Shown here: piece by piece, positions 1-10,041 of the stretch
How positions within the stretch are numbered: the first letter of the stretch is position 1
Layout: each line of letters opens with the position of its first letter
Assembly: GCA_043814605.1 (NCBI GenBank)
Contig: JBDRJV010000035.1
Span: 10,275-74,274 of the forward strand
DNA from: Candidatus Omnitrophota bacterium
Lineage (GTDB): Bacteria; Omnitrophota; Gorgyraeia; B26-G9
DNA: 64,000 bases
Direction of reading: 5' to 3'
Notes under the pieces: model-generated
Told to the model about the DNA's origin: nothing
The model's input: only the letters and a program-made list of their open reading frames with translations
The model's database searches: none
Position numbers and translations under genes: made by a program

Positions 1-237
1 TTTTGTTGATTTAATAACGCGGTTTTGTGCATGCCCCAGAATTAACGGCCCCCAGCTTAACACATAATCCAAATATTTGTTACCATCAACATCATAAATA
101 TATTGTCCTTGTCCTTTTTTTATAAATAAAGGATTCCCGCCTACAGCTTTAAATGCGCGTACCGGACTATTCACTCCGCCGGGGATGATTTTGATTGCTT
201 GTTTATATAGCGCTTTTGACTTGTTTGTTTTTTTCAT
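1..237 (-). CDS. hemL: Glutamate-1-semialdehyde 2,1-aminomutase, 5' part (runs off window)
   Basis: Manual translation from ATG 237: [70 protein letters not shown], the hallmark HemL N-terminus; heme cluster context. Confidence 0.95.
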   Translation of the reverse strand, partial: MKKTNKSKALYKQAIKIIPGGVNSPVRAFKAVGGNPLFIKKGQGQYIYDVDGNKYLDYVLSWGPLILGHAQNRVIKSTK

Positions 238-271
238 TTTTGCCTGCTCGTTTTTCTTAGCCTGCATCCTG

Positions 272-754
272 TTACTTGCAGCCTGAAGCCATAAAATATT
301 TTGTACTTATTTTCTTGAATTCTTTCAGTGTAAAAAGCATTTTATAATTCTTTACTTTAGCTTTATTTGAAATATCACTAATTACGTTAATACATTCCTG
401 TTGCGAGTTGCAATGAATCATTGTGTAAAAATTATAAGGCCAATCGCGATTTTTTCTTCTTAAATAACAATGACTGATTTGTTCTGTGCTTTTAATTATT
501 TTAACGATCTTACCAAGATTAGGCGCTGGCACAGACCAAACACACATACAGTTCGTTCTATAACCTATTTTTTTATGATCCAGGATTGCGCCAAACCTAC
601 GCAAAACTTTTAATTTTTTAAGTTTTTTAATCTCATATATTACCTTATCTTCACTTATCTTAAGTTTGAGGGCAATCTGTGCATAGGGATTGTCTTTTAC
701 GGCTAAATCCCCTTGCACAAAATTTACTATTTCCTTTTGAATTTTTGTTAACAT
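272..754 (-). CDS. ahbB: Siroheme decarboxylase beta subunit (Lrp/AsnC-like, NirH/AhbB)
   Basis: [20 protein letters not shown] and [10 protein letters not shown] motifs; paired with an AhbA-like gene. Confidence 0.85.
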   Translation of the reverse strand: MLTKIQKEIVNFVQGDLAVKDNPYAQIALKLKISEDKVIYEIKKLKKLKVLRRFGAILDHKKIGYRTNCMCVWSVPAPNLGKIVKIIKSTEQISHCYLRRKNRDWPYNFYTMIHCNSQQECINVISDISNKAKVKNYKMLFTLKEFKKISTKYFMASGCK

Positions 755-970
755 AAAAACATTTCCCTCTAAGGAACCCCCTTCGACAAAAGCTCAGGGT
801 AAACAGGAAATCTTCTGTGCTTAACTTAGGCTGCCAAAAAAAATACCAAACCTCAGAGAACACAGATATACACTGATAAATTTTGATAAACACAGATGTA
901 AACTATACATTATTTGTTCATCAAATATTATAAAATTATCCCTTAAAAATTTTTACTCTACCATTATCAT

Positions 971-1122
971 TGCATTAAAATTATATGCTTGCTGGCGGCA
1001 TCTTTAACCGCCGCCATAGCTATATTAAATGCAAAGATAAAAAGAAAAATTCATTTTTCTTTTTTAGCTTTCATTTAATATATTACAGCTGTATATACAG
1101 CACAAGCATATAATTTTCTGCA
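971..1122. repeat. Long nested imperfect palindrome (~150 bp)
   Basis: aaaattatatgcttg (977-991) pairs with caagcatataatttt (1103-1117); tatattaaatg (1021-1031) with catttaatata (1072-1082); aaaaagaaaaat (1039-1050) with atttttcttttt (1053-1064). Confidence 0.85.
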
Positions 1123-1197
1123 AAAAAAACTTTTTTAATCCTTTTTTATTAATCCTGTTAATCTGCGAAAATCTGTGTCCTATTATTTACTTCCAAC

Positions 1198-1274
1198 CTC
1201 GCCACTGTTCTCTTCTTTGAAAGCACTTGGCGGATTTATCTCGCCACTGTAAACTTAAAAAATGCGCTTGGCGG
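1198..1274. repeat. Two tandem ~42-bp units ctcgccactgt...gcRcttggcgga, each a cgcca/tggcg hairpin
   Basis: ctcgccactgt at 1198 and 1240, each followed by cttggcgga. Confidence 0.75.
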
Positions 1275-1351
1275 ACTCCTGGCTTCTTGCCTTCCTACAC
1301 TCCATGAATATATTTTGAGTTCATGGTTTCCTTATAGAAGCATGGTTTTAA

Positions 1352-1870
1352 CTAAAATTTGAACTCAGTATTAATTTTAAATGTTTTTTCACTCGGTAAA
1401 ACAAGGATTTTTTCTACACCTTTACGCTTTTTAAACTCGAACAAAAATTGATTGATTTGTTTTTTTGTTCTAGCGGAAAATGTAAACCAAACATTATATT
1501 CATCTTTTCTGAGATAATTATGGGTGATATTATTAAAGGAATTAATAAAAGAAATATTTTTATTTAAATTCTGATCATCCAGCTTTGCGGCAATCAGCAC
1601 GCTTTTAAACCCTAAATGCCTGCCGGAAACAACTCCGCCAATACGGCGAATAATTCTTTTTTGTTTTAAATTTTTTATTTTAGTTAATAATCTTTTCTCG
1701 CTGATACTAAGTTTTTCGGCGATCAAGCGATAAGGGTTTTTTGTTAAAGGAAAATTATTTTGCAGTTCTTTGAGTATAATTTTATCCTCTTTCTTCATCT
1801 TTTGATTTTTCTCATCCTTCTTCCTGGCAACGCGGCCCTCACTCGTCTTTCCTGTATGATTAAGGTTCAT
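1352..1870 (-). CDS. ahbA: Siroheme decarboxylase alpha subunit (NirD/AhbA); start may be ATG 1798
   Basis: LQNNFPL..PY, IIRRIGG and THNYLR..YNVWFT motifs. Confidence 0.85.
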   Translation of the reverse strand: MNLNHTGKTSEGRVARKKDEKNQKMKKEDKIILKELQNNFPLTKNPYRLIAEKLSISEKRLLTKIKNLKQKRIIRRIGGVVSGRHLGFKSVLIAAKLDDQNLNKNISFINSFNNITHNYLRKDEYNVWFTFSARTKKQINQFLFEFKKRKGVEKILVLPSEKTFKINTEFKF

Positions 1871-2843
1871 ATGTACAGTTTAAATCACTCGCCAGATAAT
1901 TTCCATCTGATTGATAAAATGCTGCTGCCCGGCACCCGGCACAAATTGTCTTAAATTCACAAATACCGCATTTACCATCGAATTTCCGTTTTCTTAAATC
2001 TTTGACTACTTTGTTTTCCTGCCAAATTTTTTTAAACCCTTCTTTGCGTACATTGCCTAAACTTATCGGTATATACGGACAAGGGTGTACCTCTCCGTCC
2101 GGTAAAATACAGGCATAACTTATACCGGCTAAACAGCCTTTTTGAAAACGCGTTTGAATATTTTTTTGTTTTGCGATTCTCACAAATTGCGGAGCGCAAA
2201 CTGGTTTTAATTCTATTGGTACTGTTTTTTGTTTTGTTAAAATAAGTTCGATTAATTTCTCATATTCATTTGCATCCGGGATAACATCATCTATTTTTTT
2301 CCCCCGGCCAGTCGGTACAAGAAAGAAAATATGATGTGCTTTTGCTCCGAGATTTAGAGCAAAATCCGTAATTTTTAAAATTTCGTTAATATTTTTGGTG
2401 GTAACTGTTGTATGGACTTGAAATTCAAGATTTTGTTTTTTACAGGCCTTCATCCCTGCTACCGCTTTATCCCAAGCTCCAACTGCACAGCGGAATCTAT
2501 CGTGTTTTTCCTGATAAATAGAATCCAGGCTTATGCCCGCTCTTTTCAGTCCTGCTTGCTTTAAGGTTGTAACCACATAATCATCAATTAATGTTCCGTT
2601 TGTTCCTAATACACTAATTAGCCCGTTTTTTGCGGCAAAATTGATTAGTTTATAAACATCCGGCCGGAGCATGGGTTCGCCGCCTGAGAAAATAATCATA
2701 CGGAATCCTAATGATTTTAAATCTAAAAGCAGTTTTTCTCCCTCAAGAAGAGAGAGCTCATTGTTTTGAGCCTGGCCTGCGTCACGGTAGCAGTGTTCAC
2801 ATCTTAAATTACAGGCTTTCGTAATATTCCAGGATACTAACAT
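1860..2843 (-). CDS. ahbD: Radical SAM/SPASM heme synthase (NirJ2/AhbD-like); likely start ATG 2843
   Basis: MLVSWNITKACNLRCEHCYRDAG (CxxxCxxC), FSGGEP, FFLVPTGRG, GCLAG and SPASM cysteines; the ORF extension to 3035 runs through repeat elements. Confidence 0.75.
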   Translation of the reverse strand: MLVSWNITKACNLRCEHCYRDAGQAQNNELSLLEGEKLLLDLKSLGFRMIIFSGGEPMLRPDVYKLINFAAKNGLISVLGTNGTLIDDYVVTTLKQAGLKRAGISLDSIYQEKHDRFRCAVGAWDKAVAGMKACKKQNLEFQVHTTVTTKNINEILKITDFALNLGAKAHHIFFLVPTGRGKKIDDVIPDANEYEKLIELILTKQKTVPIELKPVCAPQFVRIAKQKNIQTRFQKGCLAGISYACILPDGEVHPCPYIPISLGNVRKEGFKKIWQENKVVKDLRKRKFDGKCGICEFKTICAGCRAAAFYQSDGNYLASDLNCTYEP

Positions 2844-2878
2844 GTCTTCACTCTGTATATGTAATCTTAATAAAATAT

Positions 2879-2985
2879 GGAACCCCCACGGGCTAAAGCC
2901 CGTGGTTCCTGGGGTGGAATACTCAAGCGGCCTCCTTTTATCCGCGCCATAAATGGACGCGGTTTTCGGCCGCGGATGTATAAAA
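2879..2985. mobile_element. Non-autonomous IS200/IS605-type palindromic miniature element
   Basis: Perfect hairpin ccacgggc-taaa-gcccgtgg (2886-2905) and a second hairpin ccgcg-ccataaatgg-acgcgg; minus strand begins after TTTAT; no transposase; same layout as 34061-34165. Confidence 0.65.
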
Positions 2986-2986
2986 A

Positions 2987-3010
2987 CGGGCACGGAAACC
3001 GTGCCCCTAC
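2987..3010 (-). repeat. GTAG-type REP sequence
   Basis: Minus strand GTAG-GGGCACGG-TTT-CCGTGCCC-G. Confidence 0.75.
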
Positions 3011-3038
3011 AATAGGCAACAATATGAGAAATCAAAAA

Positions 3039-4076
3039 CTACAGCAGAAATTTTCCGCTGATCCAACGCGCAACATCCTTTGCATGATAGGTAATAATTA
3101 GATTTGCTCCGGCTCTCCTCATGCTTAATAAACTTTCGAGAATTATTTCCTTTTCATCCAGCCACCCCAGAGAACCCGCGGCACGGACCATTGCAAATTC
3201 ACCACTTACATTATAAACAGCAATCGGCGTGTTAAATTTATCTTTGGCTCGGGCAACAATATCTAAATAAGCTAATGCCGGCTTTATCATAACAATATCT
3301 GCACCTTCTTGAATATCTAATTCGATCTCACGCAAAGCTTCATTACAATTGGCCGGATTCATCTGATATGTTTTGCGATTACCCGATTCCGGTGATGATT
3401 TAGCTATATCGCGAAACGGGCCATAGAAACTTGAGGCAAATTTAGCACTGTAAGCCATTATCGGAATATGTTTAAAATTATTGGCATCTAAATTTTTGCG
3501 AATCGCACTAACCTGCCCGTCCATCATACTGCTGGGGGCCACCATATCCACACCCGCCTCAGCATGAGAAAGCGCCATCTTGGCTAATAATTCACAGGTT
3601 GCATCATTATAAACAACTAATTCTTGTGCCTGCTTTGTTCCATTTTCATCATCGTCTTTACTTATGGCGATTTTACTCACAATCCCGCAATGTCCGGAAT
3701 CAGTATAAGCGCAAAGGCAAACATCCGTAATCACCAAAAGATTCGGATATTTTTCTTTAATTGCTTTAATTGCAGTTTGAACAATGCCATTTTTCGCATA
3801 AGCAGCTGTTGCCCGCTCATCCTTGCGTTCGGGGATACCAAAAATCATTACTGCTTGAATATGCAGTTCATTAATCTCTTTAATTTCTTTTAGCAAATTA
3901 TCCACGGATAATCTAAAAATTCCGGGCATGGATTCTATTGCTTCTTTTTTGTTTTTACCCTCAATCACAAATACAGGATAAACTAAAGAACGCACATTTA
4001 ATTCTGTTTCTTGAAACATATCCCGTATTGTTTTGTTATTTCTTAACCTGCGTAATCTTGTTACTGGATAATACAT
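3039..4076 (-). CDS. hemB: Porphobilinogen synthase (ALA dehydratase), Zn type
   Basis: DVCLCAYTDSGHCG, APSSMMDG, SAKFASSFYGPFRD, MIKPA, YNVSGE; SD ggagg upstream. Confidence 0.97.
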   Translation of the reverse strand: MYYPVTRLRRLRNNKTIRDMFQETELNVRSLVYPVFVIEGKNKKEAIESMPGIFRLSVDNLLKEIKEINELHIQAVMIFGIPERKDERATAAYAKNGIVQTAIKAIKEKYPNLLVITDVCLCAYTDSGHCGIVSKIAISKDDDENGTKQAQELVVYNDATCELLAKMALSHAEAGVDMVAPSSMMDGQVSAIRKNLDANNFKHIPIMAYSAKFASSFYGPFRDIAKSSPESGNRKTYQMNPANCNEALREIELDIQEGADIVMIKPALAYLDIVARAKDKFNTPIAVYNVSGEFAMVRAAGSLGWLDEKEIILESLLSMRRAGANLIITYHAKDVARWISGKFLL

Positions 4077-4137
4077 ATATCCTCCATAATTAAATTACTA
4101 ATTAATTCCAAATGACAAATTTATCTTTTATTAATTA

Positions 4138-4163
4138 CGGGAGGGGACAAGCCCCTCCCCTAC
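4138..4163 (-). repeat. GTAG-type REP sequence
   Basis: Minus strand GTAG-GGGAGGGG-CTTGT-CCCCTCCC-G; lies between inverted aatgacaaat (4111) and atttgtcatt (4248). Confidence 0.75.
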
Positions 4164-4274
4164 AATTTGTTTGTTTTCTGCCAAACTACTTGGTAGATCC
4201 GCTATGTTTTTTGGCGGAGACATTTATTTGGTATTTGCTTATTTGGCATTTGTCATTCCGATAATATTATCGGG

Positions 4275-5975
4275 TTACCCCACCATCAACTTTTCTTCGG
4301 CATAAGTATAATTTATTTTCCGTTTATACCCGGCAAAGGCTAAAACCGCAGTTAACGGCCCGAGCCGGCCTAAGAACATCAATATTGTAATTAAAAGTTT
4401 GCCCGGCACATGCAAACTGCCCGTAATCCCGCAGGAAAGACCGACGGTGCCAAAAGCCGAAACCACTTCGAAAATTAAATCCCGGAATGAAATTTGTGTT
4501 TCATAGCAAGAAACCAAGTACATAAAAACTATTACTAAAGCTAAAGATAAAACAAATATTGCTATTGATTTTCCGACAATAGAATCCGGTATTTTTCGCT
4601 TAAACACACTAATATTATCTTTATTTTTTAAATTACTAAAAAATGATTCAATAATCACCCAAAAAGTTGTGGTTTTTATTCCGCCGCCTGTAGAGCCCGC
4701 CGATGCGCCGATAAACATTAATATAATGATCACAAATAAGCTGGCATTATTCATCCGGCCGATATCTACAGTATTAAAACCTGCGGTTCTTGCGGATACG
4801 GATTGAAAAAAACTGATGAGTATCTGGTCGCGAAAAGGCATGCCTTTTAAAATTTGGTTATACTCGGCAAAATAAATAAACACTGTCCCGGCAATCAATA
4901 AAATTATGGTCATGACTAAAACTAATTTAGTGTGTAATTTTAACCCAATACTTTTTGGCCGTTCGTCTTTGATATATTTATCACGAATATCTTTAACCAC
5001 AATAAACCCTAAACCGCCAAAAATAATTAAAAATGAAATTGTCAGATTAATTGTCACATCCCGGGAGAACTTCATCAAGCTATCCGGAAAAACCGAAAAT
5101 CCGGCATTACAAAATGCAGATATTGAATGAAACACAGATACATACATCCGCTGCCCCGGATCACTAATGTAAGGTTCAAATCCAAAATACAAAAATATTG
5201 TCCCGAGCAATTCAATGATTATTGTCATTTTCGCAATAAAAATAACTAGCTCTAAAATCCCGGCAATACTATCCTGATCTAATACATCCTGCATGGCCAT
5301 AGCTTCTCTATTCGATATTGATTTGCCGGCAGCTAAAAACAGCGTTACCGAAAAAGTCATAATTCCCAAAGCCCCAACTTGAATCAGCAAAAGAATTACG
5401 CATTGGCCAAACAAACTAAAAAAATTTCCGGTATCCTGAACAATCAATCCGGTAACACAAGTTGCGGAAGTTGCCGTAAATAAAGCGTCAACAAAACTCA
5501 AGCCTTCTCCGTTTTTTGTAGACAAAGGCAGGGTTAATAAAACTGCGCCTAAAAGAATCGTCATCAAAAAACTGACCGCTAATAATTGAGCGGGCTTTAA
5601 TCCCAAAAGGCTGATAATTTTCTCAATAACTTTTTTACGGAAACACTGCCTTAAGAATATTAGAGCCTGATGAATAATTACAAATAAACAGGCTGTATAA
5701 ATACCTTTTAAAAAATACAGGCAGGGAATAATCACAATAAAATCAAGCCAATAATTCTTAAAATATTCTTTTTTAGGTTTAACTGTAAAAAACCGTAATA
5801 AAGCCGTAATTGTAAAGATACATAAAACTGTAAAATCAATTAAATTTTTATGTATAGGGTGAATATCCAGGATAGGAATAGCCGAATGCAACGCCAGGAT
5901 AAGCAAAGAAAAAACTGCCGTAATTGCCAGTATTGTTCTCAGAATAAATTGTAATGCATTGTTTTTTTTACCCAT
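4275..5975 (-). CDS. trkH: TrkH/KtrB potassium uptake permease with extra N-terminal TM region (start 5975 or 6014)
   Basis: TSATCVTGL, SAFCNAGF, SARTAGFN, GSTGGGIK, SAFGTVGLS and GRLGPL motifs. Confidence 0.9.
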   Translation of the reverse strand: MGKKNNALQFILRTILAITAVFSLLILALHSAIPILDIHPIHKNLIDFTVLCIFTITALLRFFTVKPKKEYFKNYWLDFIVIIPCLYFLKGIYTACLFVIIHQALIFLRQCFRKKVIEKIISLLGLKPAQLLAVSFLMTILLGAVLLTLPLSTKNGEGLSFVDALFTATSATCVTGLIVQDTGNFFSLFGQCVILLLIQVGALGIMTFSVTLFLAAGKSISNREAMAMQDVLDQDSIAGILELVIFIAKMTIIIELLGTIFLYFGFEPYISDPGQRMYVSVFHSISAFCNAGFSVFPDSLMKFSRDVTINLTISFLIIFGGLGFIVVKDIRDKYIKDERPKSIGLKLHTKLVLVMTIILLIAGTVFIYFAEYNQILKGMPFRDQILISFFQSVSARTAGFNTVDIGRMNNASLFVIIILMFIGASAGSTGGGIKTTTFWVIIESFFSNLKNKDNISVFKRKIPDSIVGKSIAIFVLSLALVIVFMYLVSCYETQISFRDLIFEVVSAFGTVGLSCGITGSLHVPGKLLITILMFLGRLGPLTAVLAFAGYKRKINYTYAEEKLMVG

Positions 5976-6017
5976 ATTATTCCCGGGATTCTCACAGCAG
6001 AGATTCATCAGCAATAT

Positions 6018-6323
6018 TTACTTTAAGTTATACGATATATGAAATAGCATCCCTACCAATGACTTTTGTAAAAAAACTATAATAAAAAATGCCAAAAGCG
6101 GCGATAAATCTATATGAATTTGCATCGTTAAAGGCATTAACAACTGCCTTAATGGCTCTAAAACCGGATCAGTCATCCGGCGCAAAAACACAACAATCGG
6201 GTTATACGGGTCCGGATTAACCCAGCTAATCAAGGCCCGGATTAAAATCATCCAGTAAAGACAGGTTAGCCCTAAACCCAGTACTGTAGCTAATCCATCT
6301 AATATATAGGCAATAATAAACAT
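6018..6323 (-). CDS. yggT: YggT family membrane protein
   Basis: ALISWVNPDPYNPIV..L...TDP.L.P.R...IDLSP. Confidence 0.9.
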   Translation of the reverse strand: MFIIAYILDGLATVLGLGLTCLYWMILIRALISWVNPDPYNPIVVFLRRMTDPVLEPLRQLLMPLTMQIHIDLSPLLAFFIIVFLQKSLVGMLFHISYNLK

Positions 6324-6384
6324 AATTATTTGCTTAATTTCTCATCTAATCCAGTCTTAAAAATAAGAAAAAGTCAGTATTTTT

Positions 6385-6413
6385 AGTATAACGAGTATAC
6401 TAAGAAAAATCAA
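6385..6413 (-). promoter_or_regulatory. Putative sigma70 promoter for yggT-trkH
   Basis: TTGATT-N17-TATACT on minus strand. Confidence 0.5.
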
Positions 6414-6555
6414 TAAATTTCTCTTATAAGTAATTTAAGGTAAGATTAGTATTTTTATGGGGTTAGTGTAACCAATGTCTGTTATTAATAACTTACTTAT
6501 ATTAAAAACAGTAAAAATTTTAACTAAAGGAGGTTAATGGAGTTACTAAGATTTA

Positions 6556-9500
6556 TTATATTGCCTGTTCAATAATTATATCTGGATAAGATAACTCAGG
6601 GGCAAACCACTTTTGAGGAAGATTCATCTCTGGCAGAAAACGAGGTATTGAGGGAATTCCTTTCCCTGAACGAATACTTTCTGAGAAAATTTCATCTACT
6701 GTTCTATCATCGCTTATAAATGCATTGTCCGCTTCTCTTTGAATCTGATTATTAATTCTATTAACTTCACTTTCCAGAGCTTCTTTTAAATTGTAAAATT
6801 TTTTATCCTTAAAAAACTCATTAAAAATTTTGTTTAAATTTTTTGTATTAATATGCCTTATAAACTCCTTCACATAAGCAACTTCGGCAATTCCTATGCT
6901 GGGAATAATCTCGCCTTTTTGAGCTGCTTTACAATAAGCTGCATAAAGTAAAAATTCAGGGCTTGATGCCAATGTTCCGCAAAGTGTTAACGGATAATTA
7001 TATTTTTTAGAATTTGACAGCAAAATATTTAAAGCATCTATCAAATCTGGGCTCAGCTGATTAAGAATTTCACTCATGCCTACAGTTCCTCTTTCTACCT
7101 TTTCTCCGCGATGTACAGCTAAAAATGTTATTAAATCATTGGTTCCAATACTGCCAAAATCAGAAATTTCCATTAAACTAGAACTAGACAAAACAGAACT
7201 TGTAGTTTCAAACATCAGGCCTATTTGAAAACCTTTTATATCTTCTTCAGATATTTTAATATAACTAGGGTCTTCTTCCTCTCTCTTATTTTCATCTTTT
7301 TCTAATAATTCTGTTTCAGCTTTCTTGACAAGGTCCCTTTCTCTGACCAATTCATCAACAGTTGAAACCATGGGAAAAAATACTTTAATTACTCCATGTT
7401 CTGCATAAACCCGCATAGCTGCTTTAATCAGATTTTTTGTTATTCTTTGTCCCACAGCATCATCAAGTATAAACTCAATCCCCTGGAGTTTATCATCCAC
7501 GCGTTCCTGATCATTAACTTCATCTTCTGTAAGCACTAAATCATAAAAATCCTTTACATCCGCATCCGCAGCCCGGGAAAGCTGGCGGTCCGGCATTCTC
7601 ACGCTTAATGATTTAACTTTAGATTGAATAATAATATCTTTAAATATTTCTATCCATTTATCTTCTGGGATATCGCTTTCAAAACGCTGGAATTCATTTT
7701 CTGTCCGATATAAAGCAATTCCATCCACGCCAATTTTATCAAACTGCGTCGCTCCTTCAAACCCGTCTAAATTAACCATCAAAGACATTTCTGTTCCGTC
7801 TTTTGTCTTGACCGGGTCAAGTATTTTATTTTTACAATATTTTTCTCTAGCCACTGCGTCTTTCTGGATTGCTATTGCTTTTTTCTTATCCATATCATTA
7901 GGGTTAATTATTAAACTATGGTCTTTTGTATTTAAAATAGCTACTTCCCCGCCCTCAATTGCTTCCAGCGTCGAAACTCTGACTCCATTAATTGTTGTTG
8001 ACGCTTCTGCAATAATGGGAAAACCCTCCCCCTTAGCAACCAATGAATAATGTTTTAATCCTTTCCGGGTAACTATTCCTACACAATTCGGATAAAGTTT
8101 TCTTATTCTCCAATATTCAGGGATACTGCCAATATCCTGTGGTAATAAGAGAATAAATGCGGATTCTTTTGGGGCATTATTAATTTTTATAGATACTTTA
8201 TCACTTTCTGAGTAATCTTTTTTACTTTTTTTCAATTTGTACAATCGATACAATTCATTTGCAGCAGTTGCGTTTTCTATAGCTGAATTAATAACTACAC
8301 TATTAGGATTAATACTGTGTACAGCAAGCGGCTGAGTCCCAGAAAAAATTGCTCGTTCTACAGAGTAATTCTTATTACGCATAAGATATAATGTTTTCCA
8401 AGTTAGATTTTGCAAACTTCCTTTAAAACTTTTACATGTAGCAATTATATTACTATTATATTCGTTAAACTCCTTGCTTTTTTCTCCATATTTCTTTTTA
8501 ATTTTATTAAGCTCTAAAGTATATTTTTTAAGTTTTTCAGAATATTCTTTATCAATTTCCAAAAATGTATCAATTAAAAATTTTTCTTCTTCATTTTTTG
8601 GATTTAAATTTTCATCCGCTTCCATTATTTTATATAACACTTTAGAAATATCAATTGCAGCAGAAAAAATTTCATTATTTAAATCAGCATTATCGCTTTC
8701 ATTTTCTGTAAAATTCATTATTTCTGAAAGAAATTTTACTATTGGGGATTTTTTTGTTTCATGCGCATAATCAACGCTTAGACTAAATGCTTTATTAAAT
8801 AATGATTTTACTTCATTTCTATATTGATGATTTTTGTCTTCCAAATTTTTAATGATATTTGATATTGCTTTTCCTAAATCATCAATATCCTGTATTATAT
8901 TTTGGGAAGTATAACCCTTAAGAGGATAAGACAAATATTTAGGATCTTCTTCAGCTTTAACCATTATTCCAGAATAACAGTTGGGAGGAGTTTTGTTAGA
9001 TACTCCGTTTACAGAAAAACCTTTTTTCATTGTTTCTCGCATTTCTTCAGTTATCAACTGGATTTTTCTTCTTTTCTCGTCGCGGTTTTTTGCAATAGTT
9101 CCTAAATTTATTTGTTTTCCTTTCATCTGATCCATACTTATCAAATTTTTTTCCTTACCAAATAAATTGCTTTTTATTGCATCAATATTTAATCCTTTTT
9201 TATCTGCTTTTTCTTCAGTTGAAATTTCATGCATTTCTATAAACATTATTCCCAAATCATCCTCAGCTAAATTTTCATTTGTTTTAAATGTTGCGCTTGT
9301 GTCCTTATAAGTATTACCTTTTAATGTTTTTTCTATAAATTCAGAAATTTTTCCCTTTACTCCCGCTTCATTTTTATAGACAACAAATGATTCTGTAAAT
9401 TCCTGTCCTTCAATACTCACATTTCTTAAAGTAAGTATAAATTTCTGTTCCTGATTTTTGTTATTCAAAATATTTTTAATCATCTCATTAATAGAAATAA

Positions 9501-9933
9501 TCTGATAATACAATGTCTCCAAAGAAGTTCTTTGTTTATATTCAAGAGGCATTTTCGATAGGATAGTATCGGCTAAAAGCAGATTCAAAAAAATAAATTC
9601 TTCTTTTTCTGCAGAATCCAGCCTTTTCTGCCCCAGGAAGTTTTTTTCTGAAATTAATTGGAGCAGTTCAGCTTCTTTGTCGGTTCTTGCTCTAAACGGA
9701 AGTTCAGATAAAGAATCAATGATATATACAGGTTCATACTTTTTTGTTTCTTTCTTGGTTTCGGCAGTCTTTGAAAAAACATTTTGTATTGCTTTATTGC
9801 TAAGCTCTATATCCGGAGCAAGATTATCATGGTCATAAGTAATAAAAGCCAGAGCATTGCTTAATAATAATAATTGTATCAGCAATAAACTTGTAAGATT
9901 TGTGATGAATTTTAATTTCTTATTTATTTTCAT
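6556..9933 (-). CDS. Exported large protein with C-terminal PEP-utilising (PTS enzyme I-like) His and TIM-barrel domains; LAP motif and IEQAI tail
   Basis: Likely start ATG 9933 (MKINKK...ALA signal). GIVTRKGLKHYSLVAK, GIALYRTE, FFPMVST, IGLMFET, GSIGTNDL and LCGTLA match enzyme I motifs. Confidence 0.75.
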   Translation of the reverse strand: MKINKKLKFITNLTSLLLIQLLLLSNALAFITYDHDNLAPDIELSNKAIQNVFSKTAETKKETKKYEPVYIIDSLSELPFRARTDKEAELLQLISEKNFLGQKRLDSAEKEEFIFLNLLLADTILSKMPLEYKQRTSLETLYYQIISINEMIKNILNNKNQEQKFILTLRNVSIEGQEFTESFVVYKNEAGVKGKISEFIEKTLKGNTYKDTSATFKTNENLAEDDLGIMFIEMHEISTEEKADKKGLNIDAIKSNLFGKEKNLISMDQMKGKQINLGTIAKNRDEKRRKIQLITEEMRETMKKGFSVNGVSNKTPPNCYSGIMVKAEEDPKYLSYPLKGYTSQNIIQDIDDLGKAISNIIKNLEDKNHQYRNEVKSLFNKAFSLSVDYAHETKKSPIVKFLSEIMNFTENESDNADLNNEIFSAAIDISKVLYKIMEADENLNPKNEEEKFLIDTFLEIDKEYSEKLKKYTLELNKIKKKYGEKSKEFNEYNSNIIATCKSFKGSLQNLTWKTLYLMRNKNYSVERAIFSGTQPLAVHSINPNSVVINSAIENATAANELYRLYKLKKSKKDYSESDKVSIKINNAPKESAFILLLPQDIGSIPEYWRIRKLYPNCVGIVTRKGLKHYSLVAKGEGFPIIAEASTTINGVRVSTLEAIEGGEVAILNTKDHSLIINPNDMDKKKAIAIQKDAVAREKYCKNKILDPVKTKDGTEMSLMVNLDGFEGATQFDKIGVDGIALYRTENEFQRFESDIPEDKWIEIFKDIIIQSKVKSLSVRMPDRQLSRAADADVKDFYDLVLTEDEVNDQERVDDKLQGIEFILDDAVGQRITKNLIKAAMRVYAEHGVIKVFFPMVSTVDELVRERDLVKKAETELLEKDENKREEEDPSYIKISEEDIKGFQIGLMFETTSSVLSSSSLMEISDFGSIGTNDLITFLAVHRGEKVERGTVGMSEILNQLSPDLIDALNILLSNSKKYNYPLTLCGTLASSPEFLLYAAYCKAAQKGEIIPSIGIAEVAYVKEFIRHINTKNLNKIFNEFFKDKKFYNLKEALESEVNRINNQIQREADNAFISDDRTVDEIFSESIRSGKGIPSIPRFLPEMNLPQKWFAPELSYPDIIIEQAI

Positions 9934-9953
9934 TTCAATTGTCCTGCTTTTTA

Positions 9954-10038
9954 AGTAGCGAGTAGTACCCTTACGGGCACAAGCGAGTAGCAAGTAGCGA
10001 GAAAAATATTTTTACTTTATGCTAATCGCTAAGCGCTA
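9954..10038. repeat. Period-7 array (agtagcg/agtagca) with embedded gtaccc-ttac-gggcac hairpin, plus gctaatc array
   Basis: Core 9962-9997 is nearly identical to 36541-36576. Confidence 0.8.
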
Positions 10039-10041
10039 TCT

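Noticed and set aside
2844-3035. N-terminal extension of the radical SAM ORF; likewise 9934-9993, 21023-21076, 32105-32143 and 58202-58231
   Set aside because: The extensions translate repeat elements, promoters or overlapping genes; family-typical N-termini begin at downstream ATGs.
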